A stretch of DNA of 64,000 nt from Synechococcus sp. (GCA_047284725.1 JBJBEO010000001.1:1496203-1560202); one strand, 5' to 3'; positions 10,407-21,434 are shown, numbered from the stretch's first letter. A program made the numbers and translations. The notes: generated by a model not told the origin, from the letters alone.

Positions 10407-10963
10407 GTGCACACCCCCCCCGCAAACGTTTGGCCACCGTCTGGTTGGCGGGATGTTCCGGATGTCATATGTCATTCCTCGATCTCGACGAATGGCTGAT
10501 CGACCTCGCCGATCAAGCGGAGATCGTCTACAGCCCCGTGGGTTCCGATCAGAAGGGCTACCCGGAAGCCGTTGATATCGCTCTGGTGGAGGGAGGCGTG
10601 GCCAACACCGACAACCTGGCGCTCCTCCGACAGGTGCGCGAGCACACTCGCACCTTGGTGAGCTTTGGCGATTGCGCCATCACCGCCAACATCCCAGGGA
10701 TGCGCAACATGCTGCAGGGAGCCGATCCAGTCCTGCGGCGCAGCTACCTCGACCTGGCGGATGGCAGTGCACAACTGCCCCATGCCCCTGGCGTGATTCC
10801 TGAACTGATGGACCGCGTGTTGCCCGTCCACGAGCTGGTACGCGTGGAGGTCTTCCTGCCGGGCTGCCCTCCTTCCGCTGAGCGGATCCGCACGGTTTTG
10901 CAGGCGCTGCTGCGAGATCAGACGCCGCGAACGCTGAACGCGGATCAGATCCGTTTTGGTTGA
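10403..10963 (+). CDS. hoxY: [NiFe]-hydrogenase small subunit
   Basis: WLAGCSGCHMSFLD, FGDCA and LPGCPP. ATGA overlap with hoxU. Confidence 0.95.
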   Translation: MSAHPPRKRLATVWLAGCSGCHMSFLDLDEWLIDLADQAEIVYSPVGSDQKGYPEAVDIALVEGGVANTDNLALLRQVREHTRTLVSFGDCAITANIPGMRNMLQGADPVLRRSYLDLADGSAQLPHAPGVIPELMDRVLPVHELVRVEVFLPGCPPSAERIRTVLQALLRDQTPRTLNADQIRFG

Positions 10964-10975
10964 GGAAAGGCCAGC

Positions 10976-12436
10976 ATGAGTACGCCGCGTGTGATTCAGA
11001 TCGATCCCGTGACCCGAATCGAGGGGCACGCCAAGATTTCGATTCATCTGGATGAAGCTGGCCAGGTCAAGACTGCCCGCTTCCACGTCACGGAATACCG
11101 CGGTTTTGAAAAATTCTGTGAGGGCCGACCCTTCACAGAAATGGCCGCCATCACAGCACGCATCTGCGGCATCTGCCCGGTGAGCCATCTGCTCGCAGCC
11201 GCCCACACCGGCGACAAGATTCTCGCGGTAGCCATTCCTCCAGCTGCCGAGAAATTGCGCCGGTTGATGAACCTGGCTCAGATCACCCAATCGCATGCCC
11301 TGTCCTTTTTTCACCTCAGCAGCCCTGATTTTTTGCTGGGCTGGAACAGCGACCCGCAGCAGCGCAATATCTTCGGGCTGATCGCAGCCAACCCCGAGCT
11401 GGCGCGCCGGGGCATTCGCCTGCGTCAATTCGGCCAAGGGGTGATCGAAGCTCTGGGTGGCCGCAAGATTCATGCCGCCTGGGCCGTGCCAGGAGGCGTT
11501 CGAACCCCTTTGTCCATCGAAACCCGGGATTCGATTCGCGCTGGTCTACCCGAAGCCTTCGCCGTGGTGGAGCAAGGACTGGTCGTGTTCAAGCAGCTCC
11601 TTGATCAGCAACTGCAGGAGGAGTTCGACGTGTTTGGTCGCTTCCCATCCTTATTCATGGGATTGGTGGGCAAGGGAGACCTCTGGGAGCACTCCAGCGG
11701 AGCCAGCTGCCGAGGGATTCGGGTGATGGATAGCGATGGAACCATTCTCGCCGACGGTCTCCATGAAAACGACTACGCCACTTTTCTCGCCGAAGCGGTG
11801 GAGCCCTGGAGCTATCTCAAGTTTCCCTATTACCGCCCCCTGGGCCCTGACAGCGGCTCCTATCGCGTTGGTCCCCTGGCCCGCCTCAATCTGTGCAGAC
11901 GTATCGGCAGTGAACGGGCCGATCGCGAATTACTGGAAATGCGTCAGCGCGGTGGCCCCATCGTGACGGCATCGTTGCTATATCACCTGGCTCGCCTGAT
12001 CGAAATCCTTGCCTGCCTGGAACAGATGGAGATTCTGCTCGACGATCCCGAGCTCTGTTCCAGCCATGTTCGATCCAGAGCCGAGGTGAATTGCCTGGAG
12101 GCGGTGGGAGTCAGTGAAGCGCCAAGGGGGACACTGTTCCATCACTACCGGGTGGATGGCGACGGCCTGATCGAACAAGTGAATCTGATCATCGCCACCG
12201 GCCAGAACAACGGAGCGATGAATCGCACCGTGACTCAAATCGCACAGCATTACCTGACCCCTGCAGTGACCCAGGCCGCCAGGCTGGATGAAGCCCTGCT
12301 GAATCGGATTGAGGCTGGCATTCGCTGCTTTGACCCCTGCCTCTCCTGCAGCACCCATGCCGCCGGTTCCATGCCTCTGCAGGTGAGATTGTTCAGCAGC
12401 ACCGGCGAACTTCTGGAGGAGCGTGCACGCCCATGA
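10976..12436 (+). CDS. hoxH: [NiFe]-hydrogenase large subunit
   Basis: [10 protein letters not shown]1 RICGICP and L2 DPCLSCSTH, followed by a cleavable C-terminal extension. Confidence 0.97.
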   Translation: MSTPRVIQIDPVTRIEGHAKISIHLDEAGQVKTARFHVTEYRGFEKFCEGRPFTEMAAITARICGICPVSHLLAAAHTGDKILAVAIPPAAEKLRRLMNLAQITQSHALSFFHLSSPDFLLGWNSDPQQRNIFGLIAANPELARRGIRLRQFGQGVIEALGGRKIHAAWAVPGGVRTPLSIETRDSIRAGLPEAFAVVEQGLVVFKQLLDQQLQEEFDVFGRFPSLFMGLVGKGDLWEHSSGASCRGIRVMDSDGTILADGLHENDYATFLAEAVEPWSYLKFPYYRPLGPDSGSYRVGPLARLNLCRRIGSERADRELLEMRQRGGPIVTASLLYHLARLIEILACLEQMEILLDDPELCSSHVRSRAEVNCLEAVGVSEAPRGTLFHHYRVDGDGLIEQVNLIIATGQNNGAMNRTVTQIAQHYLTPAVTQAARLDEALLNRIEAGIRCFDPCLSCSTHAAGSMPLQVRLFSSTGELLEERARP

Positions 12437-12900
12437 ACGAACGCAAGCGCCCCCTGGTGATCGGCATCGGCAATGTGCTGCGCAGCGATGACGGCGCCGG
12501 TTATCGGGTCGCAGAAGCGTTGCACAAAGCGATCGGGGATCAGCTCGAAGTGATTGCGGTTCATCAACTCACCCCTGAGTTGGCGTGCCGCGTCGCATCC
12601 GCGAGCCGGGTGCTGTTTGTTGATGCCAGCCTTGATCCGTTGCGATCCGGCCTGAAGCCCCTTGAGGAAGCCCAGCAGGCCCCGCAGACCTCATCAGGGT
12701 TCGTCGGCCTGGGCCACAGGCTCACACCGCAGGTGCTGTTGACGCTGGCGGAGGGCCTTTATCACCATCGGCCTCCTGCCTGGGAGTTGCTCATTCCAGC
12801 GCAGCACTTGGATCATGGTGCCGCACTCTCAGGGCTCACCTCAGAGGCCTGCACCCAGGCCTTGTCTCTGGCCCAGGCCTGGGGTCGCAGCCATGCATGA
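12433..12900 (+). CDS. hoxW: Hydrogenase maturation protease
   Basis: [19 protein letters not shown] and FVDA. Directly follows hoxH. Confidence 0.9.
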   Translation: MNERKRPLVIGIGNVLRSDDGAGYRVAEALHKAIGDQLEVIAVHQLTPELACRVASASRVLFVDASLDPLRSGLKPLEEAQQAPQTSSGFVGLGHRLTPQVLLTLAEGLYHHRPPAWELLIPAQHLDHGAALSGLTSEACTQALSLAQAWGRSHA

Positions 12901-13234
12901 ACTGGCACTGATGCATGCGCTGTGTGACCTCGCACTGCAAACCGCCCAACAAGAGGGGGCCAACACCATTCATTCCCTTCAGGTGAGAGTCGGCGATCTC
13001 TCTGGTGTGGATGGAGAGGCCCTGCGTCAGGCATTTGCCGTGGTGACGATGGATCCGAACTGGAAAGACACCCGCCTGGAGCTGGCGGTGGTGCCAACCC
13101 GGTGTTTCTGTTCAAACTGCCAACAAGCGTTCAAGCCCACGGATGTGATCCACCAATGCCCCCACTGCGGCTTCCTCTCCCATGAGGTCGTGCAGGGGCG
13201 TGAGCTTGAGTTGATTGGCATGGAGGTGTCGTGA
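12893..13234 (+). CDS. hypA: Hydrogenase nickel metallochaperone
   Basis: N-terminal MHE, two CxxC motifs (CSNC, CPHC) and GREL. Confidence 0.95.
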   Translation: MHELALMHALCDLALQTAQQEGANTIHSLQVRVGDLSGVDGEALRQAFAVVTMDPNWKDTRLELAVVPTRCFCSNCQQAFKPTDVIHQCPHCGFLSHEVVQGRELELIGMEVS

Positions 13235-13947
13235 TGTGCGGGCAATGCGGTTGTGACATCACCAGCACACCCATGGAGTCAAGGCCATTACCTCCACCAC
13301 CACGGCGCATTGACCTTCACGCCAACCTGCTGCAGCGCAATGCCCAGCAGGCTCTGCACAATCGCATCCACTTTCAGCAGCATCAACTTCTGGCGGTGAA
13401 TCTGCTCTCAGCCCCTGGATCGGGCAAAACCGCGTTCCTGGAACAGTTGGCATCGATGTGGCCGCAGCAACCCATTGGCGTGATCGTCGGAGATCTGGCC
13501 ACCGACAACGACGCCCAACGCCTTGAAAAGGCCGGAGCACGGGCGGTGCAGATCCGCACGGGTGATCGATGCCACCTGGATGCGGCACTGGTCGCCAATG
13601 CTTTGGCTCAGCTCGACCAACACGGATTAACACTGCTGGTGATCGAGAACGTGGGCAACCTTGTCTGTCCTGCCGCGTTTGATCTGGGCGAGCAGCTACG
13701 GGTCGCCTTGCTCTCAGTCACCGAGGGAGAAGACAAACCCCTCAAATATCCGGCGTTGTTCAAAAGCGCCGACGCGGTTCTGATCAACAAATGGGATCTG
13801 GCTGACGTGGTTGAGTTTGATCGGCGAAGCGCCATCGCCAATCTCAACAAGATTGCACCCCAGGCCAGGCTGTTTGAACTCTCAGCCCGGACAGGTCAGG
13901 GCATGGCGGAGGTGATGCGATGGCTGACGGATGAGCGCAAGCACTAA
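13231..13947 (+). CDS. hypB: Hydrogenase nickel incorporation GTPase
   Basis: MCGQCGC, SAPGSGKT, CHLDA, ENVGNLVCPA and EGEDKPLKYP. Confidence 0.95.
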   Translation: MMCGQCGCDITSTPMESRPLPPPPRRIDLHANLLQRNAQQALHNRIHFQQHQLLAVNLLSAPGSGKTAFLEQLASMWPQQPIGVIVGDLATDNDAQRLEKAGARAVQIRTGDRCHLDAALVANALAQLDQHGLTLLVIENVGNLVCPAAFDLGEQLRVALLSVTEGEDKPLKYPALFKSADAVLINKWDLADVVEFDRRSAIANLNKIAPQARLFELSARTGQGMAEVMRWLTDERKH

Positions 13948-16267
13948 ATGGATCCTGACGATTCACCTGCAGGGTCGCGTCCAGGGCGTGGGCTTTCGCC
14001 CCACCGTTTACCGGCTGGCCAAGGAGCTGGGCCTTGGAGGCTGGGTCGCCAACAGCAGTGACGGTCTTCAGATGGAGCTGCTCGGCGCCCGCGCCAACCT
14101 CCAGCAGGCTCTGGAACAGATGAAGACGAACCCTCCCCCAGGCAGCAGGATTGATCAATGGAGGCTGCACTGGGCGGTGATGGATTGCAGCAGTGGCTGT
14201 GATCAGCCGGAGGAGGGATTTCGCATCCGTGCTTCGCTCAACTCAGGAATGCCTTCGGCGTTGATGGGCCCTGACCTTGCCCTCTGCGAAGCCTGCATTT
14301 CTGAATTATCCGACCCCTCGAGTCGGCGTTTTCGCTACCCCTTCATCAGCTGTACAACTTGCGGACCGCGTTACACCCTTTTGAAAGCGGTGCCCTTTGA
14401 GAGAGGCAACACCAGTCTGGACGCGTTCCCGACCTGCCCAGCCTGTACCTGCGACTACGCCAACCCCGACGATCGCCGCTTTCATGCCCAAACCATCAGC
14501 TGCCCAGCCTGCGGGCCGGAGCTGCGATGGAACCAGGCGCCGATCGGACTGGAGCCGGCCCTGGCGGAAGCCTCAGCGCTGCTTGAAACAGGAGGGATCG
14601 TGGCCATCCAAGGAGTTGGAGGCTTCCAGTTGCTGGCAGATCCCAGACAGGCCAAAACCCTGCAACGCCTGCGGCGCCGTAAAGGACGTCCCGACAAGCC
14701 TCTGGCCCTGCTCTGCACAACGAAGATGTTGCCGCAGCTCTGTCGCTGCAGTGAGGAAGAGCTGGCGCTGTGGCGCTCCCCAGTCGCACCCATTATGCTG
14801 CTTCGTCGTCACGCGACGCTGTCGCTTGACGACGAAGTGGCAGGCGACAGCCCCTGGCTTGGTGTGATGCGACCAGCCAGCGGCCTGCAGCAGTTACTGC
14901 TTGAGACGTTGGCACGGCCAGTCGTTGCCACCAGTGCCAACCGCTCAGGAGAGCCGATCGCCTCTGACGCCGATCGAGATGCAGCCTGCCTGGCGGCACT
15001 TGCCGACGGGGTGCTCAGCCATCAACTGCCGATCATCAACCGGATTGACGACAGTGTGATGCGCTGGGCCGCCGGGGGGCCATTGGTGCTTCGGCTGGGC
15101 AGGGGACTGGCGCCCCTGGCGTTAGCCAGCCGAAGAACGGCCGAACCGGCCCTGGCGGTAGGGGCACACGTGAAAGGAGCGATCGGCTTGCGTCACCCCG
15201 ATCATCTTGTGCTGAGCCCGGATCTTGGGGATCTCTCCAGTTGCGCGGGCGCCACACACTTCGAAAGCACCACAACGGAATGGTTGGTGCGCTGCGGCCA
15301 ACGTCCCACCACGATCGCCGCAGATCTCCACCCCGGATACAGCAGCCGTCTCTATGCGGAACATCTCAGTCAGACCCTGCCGACCAAGCGGATCGATGTC
15401 CAGCATCATCACGCCCATCTGCTGGCGGTGATGGCGGAACACAGCCTGGATGGTGAAGCGATGGGTCTCGCCTGGGATGGCTCCGGCCTGGGCGATGACA
15501 ACCGACTCTGGGGGGGAGAGGCGCTGGCTCTGATAGGCCAGGACTACCGCCATGTCGCAGCCTTACGTGCCTTCAGCCTCGCCGGCGGTGAACAAGCCCT
15601 GCGCGAACCGCGTCGAGCCACCCTCGGATTGTTGTTCGAGGCCTATGGACTCCACTGGAGAGATCGCCTTGCTCGCTTGCAACACCTGCCATGGCTCCAT
15701 GCCTTCGCACCCGAAGAGCTCGACGTGCTGGAGCAAAGCCTGCAGCGAGGTGTGCATCAGCATCGCTGCTCGAGCATGGGACGCCTCTTCGATGCGATTG
15801 CGGCCCTGCTGGGTCTGCACCAGATCTGCAGCTTTGAAGCCCAAGCCGCCCTTGCCCTGGAGGGAGTCGCCACCACAGCACTGGATGCCGGCTCCACCAA
15901 GGATTGCTACCCACTGACGCTGGAACGCCAGGAATCTGAAGGGCCGCTGCACTGGAATTGGCAACCACTGCTGAACGCTCTTCTGGATGATCTGGAACAG
16001 GAGAGACCGAAGCCAGAGATCGCCCTGGCCTTTCACGCTGGCCTCGCCCAAGCCGCTGTCGACCTGGCCTTGAGGGAAAGGCAACACAGATTGCTCCTGG
16101 CCGGCGGATGTTTTCAGAACAAACTTCTGCTGGAGCTCTGCGCCAACGCCCTGAGGGACGTCGGCATACAGCCACTTTGGTGTCAGCAATTACCCAGCAA
16201 CGATGCCAGTCTTCCGATCGGACAGTTACTGGCGATTCCAACTCCAGGGCCTTCGCACGCCTGCTGA
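13931..16267 (+). CDS. hypF: Carbamoyltransferase
   Basis: GRVQGVGFRP acylphosphatase domain, Zn fingers, QHHHAH, WDGSG and SSMGRLFD. Confidence 0.95.
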   Translation: MSASTKWILTIHLQGRVQGVGFRPTVYRLAKELGLGGWVANSSDGLQMELLGARANLQQALEQMKTNPPPGSRIDQWRLHWAVMDCSSGCDQPEEGFRIRASLNSGMPSALMGPDLALCEACISELSDPSSRRFRYPFISCTTCGPRYTLLKAVPFERGNTSLDAFPTCPACTCDYANPDDRRFHAQTISCPACGPELRWNQAPIGLEPALAEASALLETGGIVAIQGVGGFQLLADPRQAKTLQRLRRRKGRPDKPLALLCTTKMLPQLCRCSEEELALWRSPVAPIMLLRRHATLSLDDEVAGDSPWLGVMRPASGLQQLLLETLARPVVATSANRSGEPIASDADRDAACLAALADGVLSHQLPIINRIDDSVMRWAAGGPLVLRLGRGLAPLALASRRTAEPALAVGAHVKGAIGLRHPDHLVLSPDLGDLSSCAGATHFESTTTEWLVRCGQRPTTIAADLHPGYSSRLYAEHLSQTLPTKRIDVQHHHAHLLAVMAEHSLDGEAMGLAWDGSGLGDDNRLWGGEALALIGQDYRHVAALRAFSLAGGEQALREPRRATLGLLFEAYGLHWRDRLARLQHLPWLHAFAPEELDVLEQSLQRGVHQHRCSSMGRLFDAIAALLGLHQICSFEAQAALALEGVATTALDAGSTKDCYPLTLERQESEGPLHWNWQPLLNALLDDLEQERPKPEIALAFHAGLAQAAVDLALRERQHRLLLAGGCFQNKLLLELCANALRDVGIQPLWCQQLPSNDASLPIGQLLAIPTPGPSHAC

Positions 16268-16330
16268 GCCAACGGTCAGATGAAAAGAGCCTGCCTATAA
16301 CCAGAACGAAGACATCGACGCTGGGGAGCC

Positions 16331-16528
16331 ATGTGCCTAGCCGTTGCCGGTGAGTTGGTGAGCACCAATGGACACCCTGATCCCCTCTGGCGCATGGGTG
16401 ATGTCTCGTTTTCCGGCGTTTTGCGTGAGGTGAGCCTGGCATGCGTGCCGGAGGCCAAGGTTGGAGATCAGGTGCTCGTGCATGTCGGGCTCGCTCTCAA
16501 AGTCGTGGAGCCGGAGCCGTTCCTTTGA
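16331..16528 (+). CDS. hypC: Hydrogenase chaperone
   Basis: MCLAV N-terminus and VGDQVLVHVG. Confidence 0.93.
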   Translation: MCLAVAGELVSTNGHPDPLWRMGDVSFSGVLREVSLACVPEAKVGDQVLVHVGLALKVVEPEPFL

Positions 16529-17586
16529 CAGCACGAACCGCCGCTTTAATCGAGCGGATTCATCGGCGTTGCAGTCGGCCCTGGACCTTGATGGAGGTCT
16601 GTGGAGGGCAGACCCATGCCCTGCTTCATCACGGCCTGGATCAGCTGCTGGCGGAGTCGATTGAACTGATTCATGGACCCGGTTGTCCGGTGTGCGTGAC
16701 CGCAACCGAACGCATTGATCAGGCTCTGGCCATGGGGCTGAGACCGGACGTCATTCTCTGCTCCTACGGAGACATGCTGCGCGTCCCCGGCAGTGATGGC
16801 CGTGATCTGCTGGGTCTCAGAGCGGTGGGGGCCGATGTACGCGTGATCTACTCCCCCCTGGATGTTCTGGATCTGGCTCGCGCCAACCCCCAGTGCCAGG
16901 TCGTGTTTTTTGCAGTGGGCTTTGAAACCACGGCCCCTGCCACGGCCTTGCTGGCCCATCAGGCTCAGTGGCTGGGCCTTGCAAACCTGAAGCTCCTGGT
17001 TGCGCACGTGCGTGTTGCTCCGGTTCTCGATCAACTGCTTGCCGATCCAGCCTGTGCCGTCGATGGAGTATTGGCAGCTGGCCATGTCTGCACAGTGATG
17101 GGCCAACCGGAATACGAGGAGTTGGTGAGACGCCATCAAGTGCCCATTGTCGTGACTGGGTTCACAGCGAACGACTTGCTGAACGGTGTTCTGAGCTGCG
17201 TTGAGCAGCTGGAAACAGGGACACCTGCTGTGCGGAACAGCTATCAACAGGTCGTCGACAAGGGGGGCAATGGCTCCGCTCAGGCCCTGATCGACGCTGT
17301 GTTTGAACCGGTCGACACCCCCTGGCGCGGCCTTGGCCTGGTCAGGGCTGGGGGCTATCGCCTGCGACCGGAATTCGCAGCTCTTGCTCTGACGCCCGAG
17401 AGTGCTTCAGAGCAAGAGGATCCAGGCTGTTCCGAGCCCTGCCCGAGCGGACTGGTACTGCAAGGACTGCTGAGGCCGAACGCCTGCCCGAATTTCGGTC
17501 AAGGCTGCACCCCCGATCACCCCCTGGGAGCACCCATGGTCTCGGCTGAGGGAGCTTGTGCGGCTTACTTCCGCTATGGCCGCTGA
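16525..17586 (+). CDS. hypD: Hydrogenase maturation protein
   Basis: MEVCGGQTH, GPGCPVC, GFETT and PMVSAEGACAAY. The TTG start overlaps the hypC stop (TTGA). Confidence 0.93.
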   Translation: MTARTAALIERIHRRCSRPWTLMEVCGGQTHALLHHGLDQLLAESIELIHGPGCPVCVTATERIDQALAMGLRPDVILCSYGDMLRVPGSDGRDLLGLRAVGADVRVIYSPLDVLDLARANPQCQVVFFAVGFETTAPATALLAHQAQWLGLANLKLLVAHVRVAPVLDQLLADPACAVDGVLAAGHVCTVMGQPEYEELVRRHQVPIVVTGFTANDLLNGVLSCVEQLETGTPAVRNSYQQVVDKGGNGSAQALIDAVFEPVDTPWRGLGLVRAGGYRLRPEFAALALTPESASEQEDPGCSEPCPSGLVLQGLLRPNACPNFGQGCTPDHPLGAPMVSAEGACAAYFRYGR

Positions 17587-17589
17587 CTG

Positions 17590-18621
17590 ATGACCACTAC
17601 CAATGCATGCATACAGATGGGGCATGGCGGCGGCGGACGCCTCAGTCAGCAACTGCTGGCCGAACTTCTGATGCCCGCCCTGGGACCCCGTGACGGGGTC
17701 CTGCACGATGCGGCACGCCTCATCAGTCCTGGGCAGCAGTTGGCGTTCACGACCGATTCCTATGTCGTGCATCCGTTGTTCTTTCCAGGAGGCGACATCG
17801 GACGTCTTTCGGTGTTTGGCAGCGTCAACGATCTGGCGATGGCCGGTGCACGACCTTTGGCCATGAGCCTTGGGTTGATCCTTGAGGAAGGACTTGAGAT
17901 CGTCTGTCTGGAACGCATCGTGGCTTCCATCAGCGAAGCCTGCACAAGCGTCGGGGTGCCAGTGATCACCGGCGACACCAAGGTGGTGGAACGGGGCAAA
18001 GGGGATGGACTCTTCATCAACACCTCGGCGATCGGGGTGTTGAATCACAACTTGAGGATTGATCCGACCTCTGTTGAACCAGGTGATGTGGTGCTGGTCA
18101 GTGGAGACCTCGGCCGGCACGGACTCGCGATCCTGACCGCCCGCAAAGAACTGAAGCTTCGCAGTCCACTGGAGAGTGACCTGGCCTGTCTGCTGGAACC
18201 GGTGCAGAGCCTGCTGAACCAGGGCCTGACCCCCCACTGCCTGAGGGACCTGACGCGAGGCGGTTTAGCCAGTGCGACCGACGAAATTGCCCGAAGCAGT
18301 CGGTGTCGCATCCTGCTCGATGAAGAGGCAATCCCCGTTCATCCGATGGTGAAAGGGGCCTGTGAGTTGCTCGGTCTCGATGTGCTGTCCATGGCCAATG
18401 AAGGTCGCATGCTGCTTTTCTGCCCACCGGAGCAGGTGCCTGAGACCTTGGCCGTTCTGCGGCGCCTGTGTCCGGGAGCCACACGTATCGGCGTTGTTGG
18501 CGATCGATTGACGACAGAGACTGCACGCCACGAACGCTACCCGGTCAGCCTGATCAGCAGCCTTGGCGTGGCACGGCCTCTCGACCTGGGTCATGGTGAA
18601 CAGTTGCCGAGGATTTGCTGA
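17590..18621 (+). CDS. hypE: Carbamoyl dehydratase
   Basis: HGGGG, FPGGDIG, VNDLAM, RDLTRGG, ANEG and C-terminal PRIC. Confidence 0.95.
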   Translation: MTTTNACIQMGHGGGGRLSQQLLAELLMPALGPRDGVLHDAARLISPGQQLAFTTDSYVVHPLFFPGGDIGRLSVFGSVNDLAMAGARPLAMSLGLILEEGLEIVCLERIVASISEACTSVGVPVITGDTKVVERGKGDGLFINTSAIGVLNHNLRIDPTSVEPGDVVLVSGDLGRHGLAILTARKELKLRSPLESDLACLLEPVQSLLNQGLTPHCLRDLTRGGLASATDEIARSSRCRILLDEEAIPVHPMVKGACELLGLDVLSMANEGRMLLFCPPEQVPETLAVLRRLCPGATRIGVVGDRLTTETARHERYPVSLISSLGVARPLDLGHGEQLPRIC

Positions 18622-18642
18622 AGACGATGGTGCGAAGCATTG

Positions 18643-21366
18643 TCAGCCAACGCCCCGAGGCAGGGCGCTGTCTCGATCGGGATCGAGCTGCTCGGCCAGC
18701 AACGCCACAGGTACCATCAGAACCATCGGCAGGGCACAGAGTCCAAGGCTGTGCAGCGTTAAGGGATGCGTGCCGAGGACGCCGTTCAGCCATGCGCTCT
18801 GGCTGAAGAACACCTGCAGCATCACGGTGATGATGATGCCAAGCGGCACGGCCGGAGCCTGCGACAGGGCGTTCCAGGGGTGCGTCACCAGCGCACGCTG
18901 CATGCCTCTCCAGTGACTGATCAGCAGCAGATACACCAGATGCACCATCACCAGGCCCTGCACAGCCATGGTGCGGGCCGTGGCGAGATCGCCGAACTGG
19001 CGTTGACCAACGAAAAACAAGCCAAAGATCACCCCCCAGTTGAACAACGACACCACCACGACACGGCGCATCAGACCGGCGGTGAGCAGCGGTTGAGACG
19101 GCGGACGGGGCGGTCGACGCATCACGTCCCGGCAGGGAGGTTCAAAGGCCAGCGCCACTGACATCGCCAGAGAGCAGACCATGTTGAGCCAGAGCACCTG
19201 GAGGGCAGTGACCGGCAGCGGCATCGCCAGCACAACCCCCAACAGAATCGTCATCGACGCACCGCCGTTGACCGGCAGCACAAACGCCAGGGTTTTGCGC
19301 AAGTTGGCGTAGACGGTGCGGCCCTCCTCCACGGCGGCCTTGATGGTGGCGAAATTGTCGTCCGTGAGCAGCATGTCGGCGGCTTGGCGGGCCACTTCTG
19401 TGCCGCCTTTGCCCATGGCGATCCCGATGTCGGCTTGCTTCAAGGCAGGCGCATCATTGACGCCATCACCGGTCATCGCCACCACTTCGCCATTGGCCTG
19501 CAGCGCTTCCACCAACTGCAGTTTCTGAATCGGGCTCACCCGTGCAAACACATCCACGTCGTTCACAAGCTCCGCCAGCGCATCCGCTGACAACGACGTC
19601 AGCTGGGTGCCATCCACGGCCCGCTCAGCAGCTGCCTTTGGCGAGCGATCACCTCCCTGGCAACCGAGTCCGATCTGCCCGGCGATCGCTCGGGCGGTGT
19701 GCAGATGATCGCCGGTGATCAGTTTGACGCTGATCCCAGCGGCCTGACAGGCCGCCACCGCTTCGATCGCTTCGGGTCGAGGTGGATCTTGCATCCCCTG
19801 CAGCCCAATGAAGCTGAGATCACTGCTCACATGACGATGGTCGAGGCGTTGCTGGTGAGCAGGCACCTGACCGATGGCAAAGGCCAGCACTCTCTCCCCA
19901 CTGCTGGCCATGGTGTGAACAGCCTGCTCGATCCTGCCTCGATCAATCGGCCCGAGCTGGCCTGCGGCATTCAGAGCCGAACCACAACGGGCCAGTACCA
20001 CCTCCACCGACCCCTTCACCAGAATCCGCGCGCTGCCATGCAGGGTGGCCATGAACTGCTGTTCGGAATCAAACGGGATCACATCCCGGCGAGGGTGGCG
20101 TTGATGGGCCTCTTGGTGATCGAGTCCCAGCTGATCAGCCACCGCGAGAAGAGCCGTTTCCGTCGGATCGCCGATGAATCCGTCGTCATCACTGGGGCGA
20201 GCGTCATTGCACAGCAGACCGGCCAACAACAATTCCTGCATCGCCACTGAGATCGGCGCTGCACCAGCCGCATCGGATGCAGCAGTCTCCGGCCAGAGGG
20301 CTTCTAGGGGCAACAGGGTGTCAGCGGCATAGAGATGGCGCACCGTCATCCGATTCTGGGTGAGTGTTCCGGTTTTGTCGGAACAGATCACCGTGGTACT
20401 GCCGAGGGCCTCCACGGCTGGAAGTTGACGGATGATTGCGCGCGACCGTGCCATGCGATGCACACCGATGGCCAGGATGATCGTGACGATGCCAGGCAAT
20501 TCCTCTGGGATCGCTCCCACCGCGAGAGCGATCGCGGCATCGAACATCTCCTCGATGCCGTTGCCGCGAAGCAGACCCAGGCTGAAGGTGATGGCGGCCA
20601 GCGCCACGATCACTTTGAGCAGCAGCCGACTGAAGCGGGTGAATTTGCGCGTGAGAGGGGTAGAGAGATTCACCTGTTCCCTCATCACCGAGGAGATCTG
20701 CCCGACCTCCGTGGCCTCGCCGGTGGACACCACGACGGCACAGCCCCTACCGGCCGTGACGAAGGTGCCAGCGAAGAGCAAACAGGTGCGATCAGCCAGG
20801 GGCGCCGACTCAGCCACCGCCATCACCGACTTCGCCACGGCGAAGGATTCCCCGGTAAGGGCTGATTCATCACAGGCGAGATCGCGGCCTTCCACAAGAC
20901 GCAGATCAGCAGGCACCTTGTCTCCCGCGGTGAGCCAGACGAGATCTCCAGGCACCAGGTCGGCAGAAGCCAGTCGCCGCGGTCGTCCGCCGCGCACCAC
21001 CTCCACATCGGTCACCACAGTGTTCGATAACGCTGTGATCGCCTGCTCTGCTTTGCTCTCCTGCAGCGTTCCGATCAGGGCATTGATCACAGTGACACTG
21101 ATGATCACCGCTGCATCGCCGAGATCTCCGAGCAGAGCCTTCGACCCCCCCGCCAGCAACAGCATCAACTGAAGAGGATTGTCGAACTGTTGAAGAAAAC
21201 GCAGGGCCAACGACCGAGGCGGAGCTGCCGCCAGACGATTCAGGCCTACCTCCCGACGCCTGAGCTCAGCCTCAGCGTCGGTGATCCCTGCCGAGCGATC
21301 AGATTGCAGATGCTGCAGCACCTGCTCGGATGGAACGGCATGGGCCGGTTTGGGCCATGGCTGCAT
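18643..21366 (-). CDS. Cation-transporting P-type ATPase (P2-like)
   Basis: LTGES, IPEELP, DKTGTLT, DPPR, TGDGVND and about 10 TM segments. Confidence 0.92.
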   Translation of the reverse strand: MQPWPKPAHAVPSEQVLQHLQSDRSAGITDAEAELRRREVGLNRLAAAPPRSLALRFLQQFDNPLQLMLLLAGGSKALLGDLGDAAVIISVTVINALIGTLQESKAEQAITALSNTVVTDVEVVRGGRPRRLASADLVPGDLVWLTAGDKVPADLRLVEGRDLACDESALTGESFAVAKSVMAVAESAPLADRTCLLFAGTFVTAGRGCAVVVSTGEATEVGQISSVMREQVNLSTPLTRKFTRFSRLLLKVIVALAAITFSLGLLRGNGIEEMFDAAIALAVGAIPEELPGIVTIILAIGVHRMARSRAIIRQLPAVEALGSTTVICSDKTGTLTQNRMTVRHLYAADTLLPLEALWPETAASDAAGAAPISVAMQELLLAGLLCNDARPSDDDGFIGDPTETALLAVADQLGLDHQEAHQRHPRRDVIPFDSEQQFMATLHGSARILVKGSVEVVLARCGSALNAAGQLGPIDRGRIEQAVHTMASSGERVLAFAIGQVPAHQQRLDHRHVSSDLSFIGLQGMQDPPRPEAIEAVAACQAAGISVKLITGDHLHTARAIAGQIGLGCQGGDRSPKAAAERAVDGTQLTSLSADALAELVNDVDVFARVSPIQKLQLVEALQANGEVVAMTGDGVNDAPALKQADIGIAMGKGGTEVARQAADMLLTDDNFATIKAAVEEGRTVYANLRKTLAFVLPVNGGASMTILLGVVLAMPLPVTALQVLWLNMVCSLAMSVALAFEPPCRDVMRRPPRPPSQPLLTAGLMRRVVVVSLFNWGVIFGLFFVGQRQFGDLATARTMAVQGLVMVHLVYLLLISHWRGMQRALVTHPWNALSQAPAVPLGIIITVMLQVFFSQSAWLNGVLGTHPLTLHSLGLCALPMVLMVPVALLAEQLDPDRDSALPRGVG

Positions 21367-21434
21367 CGCCGCTTCCCCTCTTCAGCCAGCGTTAGCGACT
21401 TCGGCTGGGGATCGCCATCAAGGTGTCAGGAGGC

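Noticed and set aside
8131..18237. Long antisense or alternate-frame ORFs over hox/hyp (e.g. 8131-9054, 10472-11473, 15573-16442)
   Set aside because: They are shadow ORFs of GC-rich coding DNA with no recognisable motifs.
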